From Chlorobiota bacterium (GTDB lineage: Bacteria; Bacteroidota; Ignavibacteria; Kapaibacteriales; UBA2268): a stretch of 47,612 nucleotides of DNA. Shown here piece by piece: positions 28,549 to 38,169 of this stretch (within the stretch, counting starts at the first letter, position 1; each line of letters begins with the position of its first letter). Under the pieces are notes generated by a model. It was not told the DNA's origin. It did not search any database and saw nothing but the letters and a program-made list of their open reading frames with translations. The DNA lies in contig JBDHXE010000002.1 of assembly GCA_039810525.1 (NCBI GenBank), forward strand, positions 1 to 47,612. Reading direction: 5' to 3'. A program made the position numbers and the translations under genes.

Positions 28549-28998
28549 TTAAATGAGCTTATTATTATCTTCATTTATATTCCTTAATTGCTCTATTTCA
28601 ATATTTAATTTTTTTATCTCTTTGTTCATCTTTTCAAATTCATTATTCAATAATGAATTCTCTTGGATAATACTTTTATGGTCTTCAGTTAGTTTAGTAA
28701 TTACTATACTATACTGTACTAATATTAAGAAAATACCAACAATAAGAATAAGTAATAACGCCATAGGCACATAAGCTATACCTAAATTAAATGCCAAAGT
28801 ATTCAACGCACTTCTGAATATAGAAAAAAACAGAAATATGATGCCAAAGACAATCCAAATAATAGAGTACTCTTCTCTAATCTTTTTGCGTCTTACCAAT
28901 TCAACTATAAATATCATAAATCCGATACTAAATATTATAGAATAATATTGTATCAGATTAGTATTCACTTTTTGCATATTATTGAGTAGCTCATTCAT
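28549..28998 (-). CDS. DUF2304 family membrane protein
   Basis: ELVRRKKIREEYSIIW, LGIAY, C-terminal coiled coil; typical partner of the upstream GT2. Confidence 0.85.
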   Translation of the reverse strand: MNELLNNMQKVNTNLIQYYSIIFSIGFMIFIVELVRRKKIREEYSIIWIVFGIIFLFFSIFRSALNTLAFNLGIAYVPMALLLILIVGIFLILVQYSIVITKLTEDHKSIIQENSLLNNEFEKMNKEIKKLNIEIEQLRNINEDNNKLI

Positions 28999-29706
28999 TT
29001 AATTTTTCCTAAGAGTAGTAATTAAAATTGAAAGTATCACTTTTACCATATAATACATAGATTTCATACCGTTAATAGATGATACGCCGCCTTGCCTATC
29101 GTTCATTATTACAGGCACCTCAGTGATTCGAAACCCCTTTTTTGCCAAAATTATCACTGTCTCAGGCTCAGGATAATCTTGTGGGTAATTTTTGGAAAGA
29201 TAATCAATTGCGCGTTTGCTATATGCTCTAAACCCAGAAGTATTATCGCTAATCCGCTGCCCTATCAACACAGAATTCAAAACCTCAAAAATAATGATGC
29301 CTAAGCGCCGCATAATAGTAGATTGAAAACCCTGTTTATCTATAAATCGCGAGCCTATCACCATATCAAACCCGTCATTCTGAACCTTAGCAATCAATTT
29401 TTCAATTTCCTCTGCATTATGCTGACCATCGCCATCAAATTGGATAGCTATCTGATAATCATATTTGTGAGCATACTTAAAGCCCGTCTGTACGGCTCCA
29501 CCTATACCAAGATTAACTTTTAAATTTAACAGTTCTACATTAGGTATATTCCTTACTATTTTTTCGGTTTCATCGGTAGAGCCGTCATTAATGATAAGAA
29601 TATCATATTTGTTGCTATTGTGCTGTTGTATAGAATTAATAGTTCCCTCTATATTTTGAGCTTCGTTGTATGCTGGTATTATCATTAGTATTTTATTCAT
29701 TTTCAT
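28999..29706 (-). CDS. Glycosyltransferase family 2 (DPM1-like)
   Basis: IIPAYNE, INDGSTD, NLGIGGAVQTG, QFDGDGQH, GSRF, DNTSGFR and DYPEPE. Confidence 0.92.
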   Translation of the reverse strand: MKMNKILMIIPAYNEAQNIEGTINSIQQHNSNKYDILIINDGSTDETEKIVRNIPNVELLNLKVNLGIGGAVQTGFKYAHKYDYQIAIQFDGDGQHNAEEIEKLIAKVQNDGFDMVIGSRFIDKQGFQSTIMRRLGIIIFEVLNSVLIGQRISDNTSGFRAYSKRAIDYLSKNYPQDYPEPETVIILAKKGFRITEVPVIMNDRQGGVSSINGMKSMYYMVKVILSILITTLRKN

Positions 29707-30805
29707 TGCTCTCGAACAAATATTTTAATGATATTATTTCTTGCTCTTTAGTATATTTTTGGATAGCATATTGTTTAGCTCTTATTGCCAAATCTGTGTA
29801 TTTATTATAATTATCTATTAATTCTACTATTTTACTTTTTAATTCAATTACATTATTAGGTGGCACTAGCTGTGCAAATTCACCATTGTTTACTACTTCG
29901 GGTGTACCTCCACTATTGGTAGCTATGATAGGGACACCACTCATCATTGCTTCTATAGTTACAAACCCATAAGTTTCCGAAAATGATGTCAATAAAAACA
30001 AATCTAAACAAGCAAAAATATCTTGTACATTATTAGCAAAATCAATTATTTTGACTTTATTTTCTAAATTATTATATTTAATAAATTCCAATATTGACTG
30101 AAAATACTCCTGTGCTTCTTTATAGGTAGTTTCTCCTACAATTAGCAACATTATATCTTTATATTCTATTTGCGAAAATGCTTTGAGTGCTACTAATTGA
30201 CCTTTTTGCTCATCTATTCTACCAATTACACCTACCACAAATTGCTCTGCTTCAATATTAAGAGATTTCTTAGCTTCTTGTTTGGTTTTCATCTCTATAA
30301 ATTTATGATGATCTATTCCAATAGGAATTATTCTAATTCTACTCTCTGGATATTTAGTTAGTAGCTTTACTTCGTTGGCTAATTTGCTTAATGGAGTTAT
30401 CCAATTATCAAATCTATTATACCTCAACGTATGCATAATATCTCTTTTATTACCACCTACTTGCATAGTTTGGTGATAATATAATTTGATATTATTATTA
30501 AATAATTTGAGCAACGATATGCAATCAGTATCTCTATTATCAAATACTACAATATGTTTTATTCTTTCATTATTAATTATCTTATTAATTCTAATTGCAG
30601 ATAGCACATCAAAATACTTTTTAGGTTTATCTATCACTATTAATTTTATATTATTTAGCATAGCAAGCTCTGCTATCACAGTTTTGGATATAGATATAAT
30701 TATTATATCTATGCCATATTTTTTAAATTCTATTGCAGTATTGATTATATTTAGCTCCAAGCCACCTTTGGCAGCAGAAGTACAAAAAAAGGCAACTTGC
30801 TTCAT
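29693..30805 (-). CDS. Glycosyltransferase family 4
   Basis: GRIDEQKGQ and ETYGFVTIEAMMSGVPIIATNSGG (EX7E). Confidence 0.9.
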   Translation of the reverse strand: MKQVAFFCTSAAKGGLELNIINTAIEFKKYGIDIIIISISKTVIAELAMLNNIKLIVIDKPKKYFDVLSAIRINKIINNERIKHIVVFDNRDTDCISLLKLFNNNIKLYYHQTMQVGGNKRDIMHTLRYNRFDNWITPLSKLANEVKLLTKYPESRIRIIPIGIDHHKFIEMKTKQEAKKSLNIEAEQFVVGVIGRIDEQKGQLVALKAFSQIEYKDIMLLIVGETTYKEAQEYFQSILEFIKYNNLENKVKIIDFANNVQDIFACLDLFLLTSFSETYGFVTIEAMMSGVPIIATNSGGTPEVVNNGEFAQLVPPNNVIELKSKIVELIDNYNKYTDLAIRAKQYAIQKYTKEQEIISLKYLFESNENE

Positions 30806-31794
30806 CTTAGTCTAAGCCTTCTGATATAATATACAAGAGAGCCCAATCCGTATGATAAATGTATGATAACGATGATAGATGCTATCAAAATAGAGTTAGA
30901 AGACCTTCTGACTGCTACAACTATACTACCTATCATAATTGTAATAATGTAAATACACAATATACCAAGATAGACTAATATAGCTTGTGGATAAATAATT
31001 GTTACTATCAATCCAATTATTATAGTAAGCACCATCGCCATAGGTAACAAAGAATTAGCTGACCTAGTATTATTTAACTCATTAACTACTTGACGCCACA
31101 ATCCATATCTAAATTGCTGAATAGATATAGCTTTGAGAGACTGACGCGAATAATATTTTACTAATGGGATTGCACTCTGATATATAATATACCCGCTCTT
31201 CACCAATCTAGTATTCAAATCCAAATCTTCACCTACAGGCAGAGATTCGTTATACATACCCATAGATTTAATTATATTAGTATTGTAGAGCATCATCAAG
31301 CAATGAGTAGTCTTTTTTAATTGATTATTATTCAACAAATGCTCAGAATTAGCACCACACAATATAGAAGAGACAGCATAATAATATGATAGAGAAATAT
31401 CACTATTATCAGCAGGTATCCACGATGTACCTATACCAGCCAACATATTATTAACACTTTTAATACTATTATAACTATTCACTAAGTCAGCTAACCATAA
31501 TGGATCTGCTATGTAATGCGCATCAATGTATGCAAACATCTCTGTGTTTATTAATTCAATAGCTCTATTCCGCCCAGCTGCTTGTATTACCTTAAGGTTA
31601 TCAATAATATTTACATTCTTATAATTACATCTATATCGATTGATAATCTGCAAAGTATTATCAGTAGAACCTCCATCTACAATATAAATTATTATATTGC
31701 CATCGTATTCTTGATTTAATATTGAATTTAGATTTTCTTCGATATGAATCTCTTCGTTCAATGTACAAACGATAATACTAATATCTGCACTCAT
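30802..31794 (-). CDS. Glycosyltransferase family 2 (ExoA-like) with C-terminal TMs
   Basis: CTLNEE, VDGGSTDNT, AAGRN, YIDAH, GEDLDLN and QQFRYG. ATG 31794 overlaps the upstream TGA. Confidence 0.88.
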   Translation of the reverse strand: MSADISIIVCTLNEEIHIEENLNSILNQEYDGNIIIYIVDGGSTDNTLQIINRYRCNYKNVNIIDNLKVIQAAGRNRAIELINTEMFAYIDAHYIADPLWLADLVNSYNSIKSVNNMLAGIGTSWIPADNSDISLSYYYAVSSILCGANSEHLLNNNQLKKTTHCLMMLYNTNIIKSMGMYNESLPVGEDLDLNTRLVKSGYIIYQSAIPLVKYYSRQSLKAISIQQFRYGLWRQVVNELNNTRSANSLLPMAMVLTIIIGLIVTIIYPQAILVYLGILCIYIITIMIGSIVVAVRRSSNSILIASIIVIIHLSYGLGSLVYYIRRLRLR

Positions 31795-32540
31795 TGCCAA
31801 TTCAATTTAAAATAACTTCTAATAAAATTATAAATATAAGGTATTTTTTTGAAAAATAGTTGATAATATATTTTCTTTTTATTTAATTCATTCAATTTCG
31901 CTTTGCCAAAATACTTAATAAATACTTCGTTGCGTTCAGCTATATGTAAGCTATTATCAGATTCGTCATTACTAATACCACTTTTATCAAATATAGATAT
32001 AGGGCAATTCAAATATCGTAAAGAAGCATCGAGTCTAAATATTGATTTAATAAAAAAATCATAATCCGAAACTATCTTATATTGCAAATCATAATTATTA
32101 GCACGTATAAGTAAATCTCTTTTTATAAATGTAGATGAATGTGGAATTGATTCCAAATAAAAGAAAATTTCGTCTGGTATTTTAGTATAATACCTTCTCC
32201 ATTTCACAATACCAGTATCGAAAATAATATCACCAATTATTAAGTCTTCTTTGTATTGAAGATTATCAAACAAATTAACTATATTATTATTGGCTAAAGC
32301 ATCACCCGAATTTAGAAATAAGATATATTCGCCACCAGAGTGCTTGATACCTTTATTCTGCGCATCATATTTCGAAATAATACTATTATATTTCTCTATA
32401 ATTTGCTGTGAGTTATCTTTTGAGTTACCGTCTATTACTATGAGTTCATATCTATCATTATTTTGATTTAATATAGATTGGAGAGTAATCTCTAACCCAA
32501 TAGCATTATTTAAATTAATGGTAACAATAGATAATTTCAT
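31791..32540 (-). CDS. Glycosyltransferase family 2 (WcaE-like), apparent internal deletion
   Basis: SIVTINLNN, IDGNSKD, YDAQNKGI, FLNSGD and YKIVSDYDF. Lacks the usual SExDxGI segment before YDAxNKG. Confidence 0.85.
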   Translation of the reverse strand: MKLSIVTINLNNAIGLEITLQSILNQNNDRYELIVIDGNSKDNSQQIIEKYNSIISKYDAQNKGIKHSGGEYILFLNSGDALANNNIVNLFDNLQYKEDLIIGDIIFDTGIVKWRRYYTKIPDEIFFYLESIPHSSTFIKRDLLIRANNYDLQYKIVSDYDFFIKSIFRLDASLRYLNCPISIFDKSGISNDESDNSLHIAERNEVFIKYFGKAKLNELNKKKIYYQLFFKKIPYIYNFIRSYFKLNWQ

Positions 32541-32543
32541 ATA

Positions 32544-33329
32544 TTAGCCTTTTGGTGCAGTCCACCCAGCCCTCTTGTACCCTACTAATTCAATTGTTAT
32601 TTTGCCAATAATAAAATCAACCTTTGCTTTTAGTGGAATATGCGCAATATCATCACTTACCCAACCTTCTATTTTGCCACTTACACCATATTGCCCTTTC
32701 CAATTACTATTGCTACTAAAATAAATAGAACGAACATCGTATTTGATAGCAGGGACACTTATGCTTTGCTTTTCTTTAGCAAAATTAATTTTAGCATTTA
32801 GCAAATAATCTTCATCTAAATATACATTCAGAGAACGACTCTTGAAAGGCTCGGCTACTAATCGTGTTTTAAAAAATGCAGCTAATACATCATTGATATA
32901 TTGCTCTTTATTAAATTTAAGCCCAAAGGAAGAAGTAAGTTTTTTGCTTATCCATTTCTTGTTTTCAATCACACCTTTGTTATAATCAAAGATTAGTTTC
33001 TGGTATTCCCAAGGCTTCTTTTTGACACTTAGATTTCTTACAAATTGCAATGATTGAAAAGTACTGCGATCTATCCAACTTTCGAAATTAGCATTCAATC
33101 TAATAAATGGCACATAATCATACGAGAATACATTTGCTTTGGTTTTGAGTGCTACTTTGCCATTCAGATTTTCGTATCTATCGGTATTAATTACTATCTT
33201 AGCAAACGATACCCCCAAATATGATACATTATATTCTAATTGCTCGCCAAGTACTAATGTTTGTGAATTAGCAAAACTGCGGAAAGATATCAAAAGAGTA
33301 ATTAATAATAATATTCTATATTTTTTCAT
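32544..33329 (-). CDS. DUF3108 domain secreted protein
   Basis: Signal peptide (ANS|Q), GEQLEYNVSY and GWVSDDIAHIPLKAK...GKITIEL. Confidence 0.75.
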   Translation of the reverse strand: MKKYRILLLITLLISFRSFANSQTLVLGEQLEYNVSYLGVSFAKIVINTDRYENLNGKVALKTKANVFSYDYVPFIRLNANFESWIDRSTFQSLQFVRNLSVKKKPWEYQKLIFDYNKGVIENKKWISKKLTSSFGLKFNKEQYINDVLAAFFKTRLVAEPFKSRSLNVYLDEDYLLNAKINFAKEKQSISVPAIKYDVRSIYFSSNSNWKGQYGVSGKIEGWVSDDIAHIPLKAKVDFIIGKITIELVGYKRAGWTAPKG

Positions 33330-33467
33330 TAAGTCAAAAATAAATAAATTAATTTATTATCGTGCAAATATAACAAGAAAACAAATTAACACAATAATAA
33401 GCTCATACAATTCTCAATAGAACATATAATAGTTGCCATTGCTATATATTAGCAAAATTATAATAAT

Positions 33468-35006
33468 CTATGGTTTATCAATATAAATAGTTTGAGTTGG
33501 AAAAGCAAACTCAATCGAAAGAGATTCGGCTAATTTAATAATATCGGTAATTATTTCTTGCCTTGCCTTCAATTCAGCAACATAATCAGGTACATCCAAA
33601 AAAGTATCAAAAAGAATTTGAATGGAAAAATCACCCAAATTATTTAGCGCCACTCTATCGTAATCCTTTTTGGTATTAGGATGATTGGCAACAATATCTT
33701 TTAATCCTAATATAAAATCATTAATTTGAGTAGTAGAAGTATTATATGTAATTTTCAAGACTGTATTAAATCTTTTAAATTGTCTTTTCCCCATATTATT
33801 AATATTCATATTGGCTAATCTTCCGTTTGGCACTATGATCAATGAATTATTAGCAGTTCGTATTCGAGTAGAGCGAATACCTACCTCTTCTACACTCCCA
33901 TCTACGTCTTCGGCTATTATCCAATCACCGGGCTCAAATACTTTATCCGAAAATAAGGTGATAGACCCAAAAATGTTTTTGATAGTCTCTTGAGCTGCCA
34001 AAGCAAGAGCCAAACTACCTATAGATACACCAGCCAATAAAGGAGTAATATCCAAACCGGTATTTTTGATAATATAAAGCCCCCCAAATACTATAATGAT
34101 TATTTTTAGGAATTTTCTTACAATTAATACAATTTTATCATCTAACTTGCTCTCAGTATTCAATGCAAATTTTTCTATAAGCTCACTGATATAGTTAGTT
34201 ACCCTATATATAATAAAAGTAATTAATACAGGTATAGATAACTGTATCAGTAGATTAATGTAATAGCTAATAGTAATTGGCAATTCTAATAACGGAATTA
34301 ATTTATCCACTGTAAGATAGAAAATAAGAAAACCTATTGGTTTGGATAGTTTATGCAAATATACCGAATCTACTTCTCTATTTAATATTCTCTTCCATAG
34401 TTTAATTAATAAATAAACTATTATCTTATTAAATATAAGGTAAAAAATAAAACTCAATAAAATAATAGCAGCAAAACCAGTCCATTGCCATAATTCTAAA
34501 TAAATAAATTGAATCTTAAAAGCGTTAGGCAAATTATTGACCAATTCATCTATAGAATAAGGATACATTTCCGAGTACAATACATTAATTATACGAGTTG
34601 TATGTGCAGAATAATACCAATTCTTATCAAATTTTTCTAAATATATATCAGGGAAATTCCTAAATAATACAAATCGATTGAGACCTGTAGATGTATCTAT
34701 ATAATTTTCATCTCTAGGTATTCTTGCCATATTCACAATCAAACCATTGCCATCATAAATTCTCTTTAGCTTGATAGCTAATACGGCTGCCGAATCGGTA
34801 TTATTCTTAATATTAAAAACTTTACCCGCTATTTTGGGGTTATAAAACTCTTTATTCAAATACTGAAGGTGTACAAATACTGTATTATATGGTGAACTAA
34901 ATTTGACAATTGGTTTACCATTAATATCAAAATCTTGTGAAAGCGAAATGGATATTGTAAAAATAAAACTCAACAAAACAAAAATAAACAATTTTCTGTC
35001 CGTCAT
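33468..35006 (-). CDS. Mechanosensitive ion channel, MscS family, with N-terminal periplasmic extension
   Basis: LLAGVSIGSLALALAAQETIKNIFG, GDWI, GSVEEVGIRSTRIRT, VPNG and IEFAFPTQT. Confidence 0.92.
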   Translation of the reverse strand: MTDRKLFIFVLLSFIFTISISLSQDFDINGKPIVKFSSPYNTVFVHLQYLNKEFYNPKIAGKVFNIKNNTDSAAVLAIKLKRIYDGNGLIVNMARIPRDENYIDTSTGLNRFVLFRNFPDIYLEKFDKNWYYSAHTTRIINVLYSEMYPYSIDELVNNLPNAFKIQFIYLELWQWTGFAAIILLSFIFYLIFNKIIVYLLIKLWKRILNREVDSVYLHKLSKPIGFLIFYLTVDKLIPLLELPITISYYINLLIQLSIPVLITFIIYRVTNYISELIEKFALNTESKLDDKIVLIVRKFLKIIIIVFGGLYIIKNTGLDITPLLAGVSIGSLALALAAQETIKNIFGSITLFSDKVFEPGDWIIAEDVDGSVEEVGIRSTRIRTANNSLIIVPNGRLANMNINNMGKRQFKRFNTVLKITYNTSTTQINDFILGLKDIVANHPNTKKDYDRVALNNLGDFSIQILFDTFLDVPDYVAELKARQEIITDIIKLAESLSIEFAFPTQTIYIDKP

Positions 35007-35101
35007 ATAACTTTTTTCTGTTTTTTTGTATTAATAATTTTTCAATGTAAGAAAAATTCCGTAATTTAAAAATTTATAAACTCAATATTATAGAAAATAT
35101 T

Positions 35102-35641
35102 ATGTATATTGGTAAAGAATTAGTTGTCGAGGCAATCAAAGATATAATAGCTGAGCCCGAATTTTATGAACATCGCAATCAGTTATCTTTAGTGAATGTT
35201 CCTAAAGAATCAATTATTGAATTGCTTACTAAGCTGCGTGATAATGAGACCACAAAGTTCGATCAATTAATAGATATCACTGCTATTGATTGGTTAAAAA
35301 AGAAACCTCAAAGATTCGAAGTAGTCTACTTCCTTTATTCTGTGCCTAATAAGTGGAGATTGAGAGTTAAAGTAGCATTGCCTGCACGTAAGCCTCATAT
35401 AGAATCGGTTTGCACTCTATATCAAAGTGCTAATTGGTACGAACGCGAGACTTATGATATGTATGGAATTATCTTTGATAATCACCCAGATTTTAGAAGA
35501 TTCTATATGCCTGAAGATTATACAGACCCTGAAACTGGTGAGCCAATTTACCCTATGCGTAAAGATTTTCCTTTGATGGGTATTCCTGATTCCTTACCAT
35601 TGCCTGCATACCCCGAAAAATACGGTGCTGTTCAGCAATAG
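35102..35641 (+). CDS. nuoC: NADH-quinone oxidoreductase subunit C
   Basis: DITAIDW, RFEVVY, RLRVK, ANWYERETYDMYGIIFDNHPDFRR and YPMRKDFPL. Confidence 0.93.
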   Translation: MYIGKELVVEAIKDIIAEPEFYEHRNQLSLVNVPKESIIELLTKLRDNETTKFDQLIDITAIDWLKKKPQRFEVVYFLYSVPNKWRLRVKVALPARKPHIESVCTLYQSANWYERETYDMYGIIFDNHPDFRRFYMPEDYTDPETGEPIYPMRKDFPLMGIPDSLPLPAYPEKYGAVQQ

Positions 35642-35674
35642 ATCCTTATTCGAAGATGCTTTTTAGTTATATAT

Positions 35675-35807
35675 AAAGAGAATCCGTCTCATAAGTCAGA
35701 ACATAAGAAAATAATTTAATGCTCAATCGCCCTACACTTCCGAAAGTGTAGGACGTCTGTAAATAAAAGATTAAATACTTGCTTCAAACTTATGAGACAG
35801 TCTCTTT
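35675..35807. mobile_element. MITE-like element with terminal inverted repeats and internal hairpin
   Basis: Left end AAAGAGAatccGTCTCATAAGT (35675-35696), right end ACTTATGAGACagTCTCTTT (35788-35807), with a perfect 11-bp core. Internal perfect hairpin CCTACACTT-CCGA-AAGTGTAGG (35731-35752). No ORF. Confidence 0.7.
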
Positions 35808-35831
35808 TTATCACACATAAGCGTAGCATTA

Positions 35832-36008
35832 TTATTTTACAGTCCAGTAGCACCTTTTAGGAGATATAATAGCATCATCTTCTTTTAGTTTTTTCATTAC
35901 CTTTTCTACTATTTTTTTATCTATTTTGGTAATTTCTGCTATTTTGCCATTAGAAAGAGGCTCAGGTGATTGCTTTAATGTATCTAAAATAATAGTTTTC
36001 TCGTCCAC
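35832..36008 (-). CDS. Small winged-helix-like protein (58 aa)
   Basis: Not in the ORF track. GTG start with AGGAGGAG upstream. Sequence MDEKTIILDTLKQSPEPLSNGKIAEITKIDKKIVEKVMKKLKEDDAIISPKRCYWTVK resembles small wHTH proteins ending in SPxRCxW. Confidence 0.85.
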   Translation of the reverse strand: MDEKTIILDTLKQSPEPLSNGKIAEITKIDKKIVEKVMKKLKEDDAIISPKRCYWTVK

Positions 36009-36020
36009 AACTCCTCCTTA

Positions 36021-37403
36021 TTATAAAATATATTTACTCAAATCTATATTTTTGGCTATATCTTTTACTCCTAATCTTACTTTTTCGCCGTCTATTGTTA
36101 CCTTCTTTTCTTCAATACTATCAGGAGCATCAAACATCAATTTTTCTAACAAAGTAGATAATATAGTGTGTAGCCTCCGAGCGCCTATATTAGTAACTTC
36201 GTCATTTACTAATGCAGCTATTGAGGCAATTTCTTTGATAGCACTATCCTCGAATATTAATTCTATCCCTTCAGTATTTATCAGTGCTTGATATTGTTTG
36301 ATAAGTGCATTTTCGGGAATAGTCAATATTTTGACGAAATCTTCTTCGGTCAAACTTTTTAACTCTACTCTTATAGGGAAACGTCCTTGTAGTTCTGGTA
36401 TCAAATCTGATGGTTTAGATACATGAAAGGCCCCAGATGCTATGAATAATATGTGGTCTGTATTAACTATTCCATATTTGGTATTTACCGCGCTTCCTTC
36501 TACTATTGGCAATAAATCGCGTTGCACCCCTTCACGAGAAACGTCAGGGCCACTCGAGCCACTTCCTCTTGAAGTGATTTTGTCAATTTCGTCTATAAAT
36601 ACAATACCTTTGTTTTGTGCACGGTCCAAAGCTTCTCTCACTACTTTGTCCATATCTATTAGTTTTTCGGCTTCTTCTTTTTCTAATAAAATCTTAGCTT
36701 CGCTAATTTTCATTTTTTTCTTTTTGTTCTTTTTAGGCATCATATTACCTAAGATATCTGATAAGTTTACTCCCATTTCATCGAGACCTATTGGTCCCAT
36801 TATATGAAGATTAGAAGCATCTACCATTACATCTAATTCTATTACTCTCTCATCTAATAGCCCTGCTTGTAGCATTTTTCTAAATTTTTCTCTTGTATCT
36901 AAATTATCTTCGTTTTCGGTAGTACTATCTCCAGAATTATTTTGATTTTTGATAGGAGGTATTAATATATCTAATATTCTATTTTCGGCAGCTATTGATG
37001 CCTCTGCTCTTTTGAGTATAGTTTGCTCATCTTTTACCATACCTACCGATTTTTCTACTAAATCTCGCACCATAGACTCTACATCACGCCCAACATATCC
37101 AACTTCTGTAAATTTGGTAGCCTCTACTTTTACAAAAGGGGCATTAGTTAGCTTGGCCAATCTACGGGCTATTTCTGTTTTACCAACGCCAGTAGGGCCT
37201 ATCATTATTATGTTGTTAGGCATAATTTCGTGTTTAATTTCACTTGGCACATTTTGGCGTCTCCATCTATTCCTAAGGGCAATAGCAACAGATTTTTTGG
37301 CAGCTTCTTGACCAATAATATACTTATCTAATTCATATACTATTTGTTTTGGCGTTAGACTTTTTATATTTTCATTGATTAGCATATCTTTGTTTTCGCT
37401 CAT
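36021..37403 (-). CDS. hslU: ATP-dependent protease ATPase subunit HslU
   Basis: [56 protein letters not shown] and NIGARRL. Confidence 0.97.
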   Translation of the reverse strand: MSENKDMLINENIKSLTPKQIVYELDKYIIGQEAAKKSVAIALRNRWRRQNVPSEIKHEIMPNNIIMIGPTGVGKTEIARRLAKLTNAPFVKVEATKFTEVGYVGRDVESMVRDLVEKSVGMVKDEQTILKRAEASIAAENRILDILIPPIKNQNNSGDSTTENEDNLDTREKFRKMLQAGLLDERVIELDVMVDASNLHIMGPIGLDEMGVNLSDILGNMMPKKNKKKKMKISEAKILLEKEEAEKLIDMDKVVREALDRAQNKGIVFIDEIDKITSRGSGSSGPDVSREGVQRDLLPIVEGSAVNTKYGIVNTDHILFIASGAFHVSKPSDLIPELQGRFPIRVELKSLTEEDFVKILTIPENALIKQYQALINTEGIELIFEDSAIKEIASIAALVNDEVTNIGARRLHTILSTLLEKLMFDAPDSIEEKKVTIDGEKVRLGVKDIAKNIDLSKYIL

Positions 37404-37404
37404 T

Positions 37405-37944
37405 TTATAATTCTTCCAAGGTTATTGATAAATTAGTATATATACAAATTTCGCCTGCTATTCTTAATGAATCTTCCACTATTTCTCTCGCAGACAGATT
37501 AGTATGTTTGATCATTGCTCTTGCAGCTGATAGAGCATAAGGTCCTCCCGAACCAATAGCAATAATATTGTCATCTGGCTCTATTACATCGCCTGTACCA
37601 CTAATTATCAATGCAGTAGATTTGTCCATTACTGTGAGCATAGCTTCTAATTTGCGTAGATATCGGTCTGTCCTCCAATCCTTTGCCAATTCGATAGATG
37701 CTCTCTGCAGATTTCCTCTATGTGCTTCTAATTTTTCTTCAAATCTCTGTATTAATGTAAAAGCATCGGCAGTAGCTCCAGCGAATCCAGCTAAAATTGT
37801 ATTGTTATATAATTTCCTTACTTTCTTGGCATTTGCTTTCATTATTGTATATCCAAATGTAACTTGCCCATCAGAGCCCATCGCGGCTTTACCATCTCTT
37901 AAGACGCCAACTACTGTTGTGCCATGAATTTTATTTTCTGACAT
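37405..37944 (-). CDS. hslV: ATP-dependent protease peptidase subunit HslV
   Basis: HG|[39 protein letters not shown] and ICIYTN. ATG 37944 or 37962. Confidence 0.97.
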   Translation of the reverse strand: MSENKIHGTTVVGVLRDGKAAMGSDGQVTFGYTIMKANAKKVRKLYNNTILAGFAGATADAFTLIQRFEEKLEAHRGNLQRASIELAKDWRTDRYLRKLEAMLTVMDKSTALIISGTGDVIEPDDNIIAIGSGGPYALSAARAMIKHTNLSAREIVEDSLRIAGEICIYTNLSITLEEL

Positions 37945-38169
37945 ATATTTATTACTCAGCATTATAAATTGATTAATTGACGATTATTATTTATTCAAAT
38001 TATTCTTTCTGATATTTTTGAAATTATACACAATAATTAGTATAATTACAAACAACTATCATATAGCTGTCTATCAATTATTTCACAGAAATATATATTA
38101 TTTACAAAGCTTATCCGTTAATATAACTATTGTTTAATATTATTCAATTTTTTATAATTTATTTAAGTA

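Noticed and set aside
37389-37944. HslV and HslU both begin MSENK
   Set aside because: The codons differ (ATG TCA GAA AAT AAA versus ATG AGC GAA AAC AAA), the hslV start is uncertain, and these residues are common at N-termini. Treated as coincidence.
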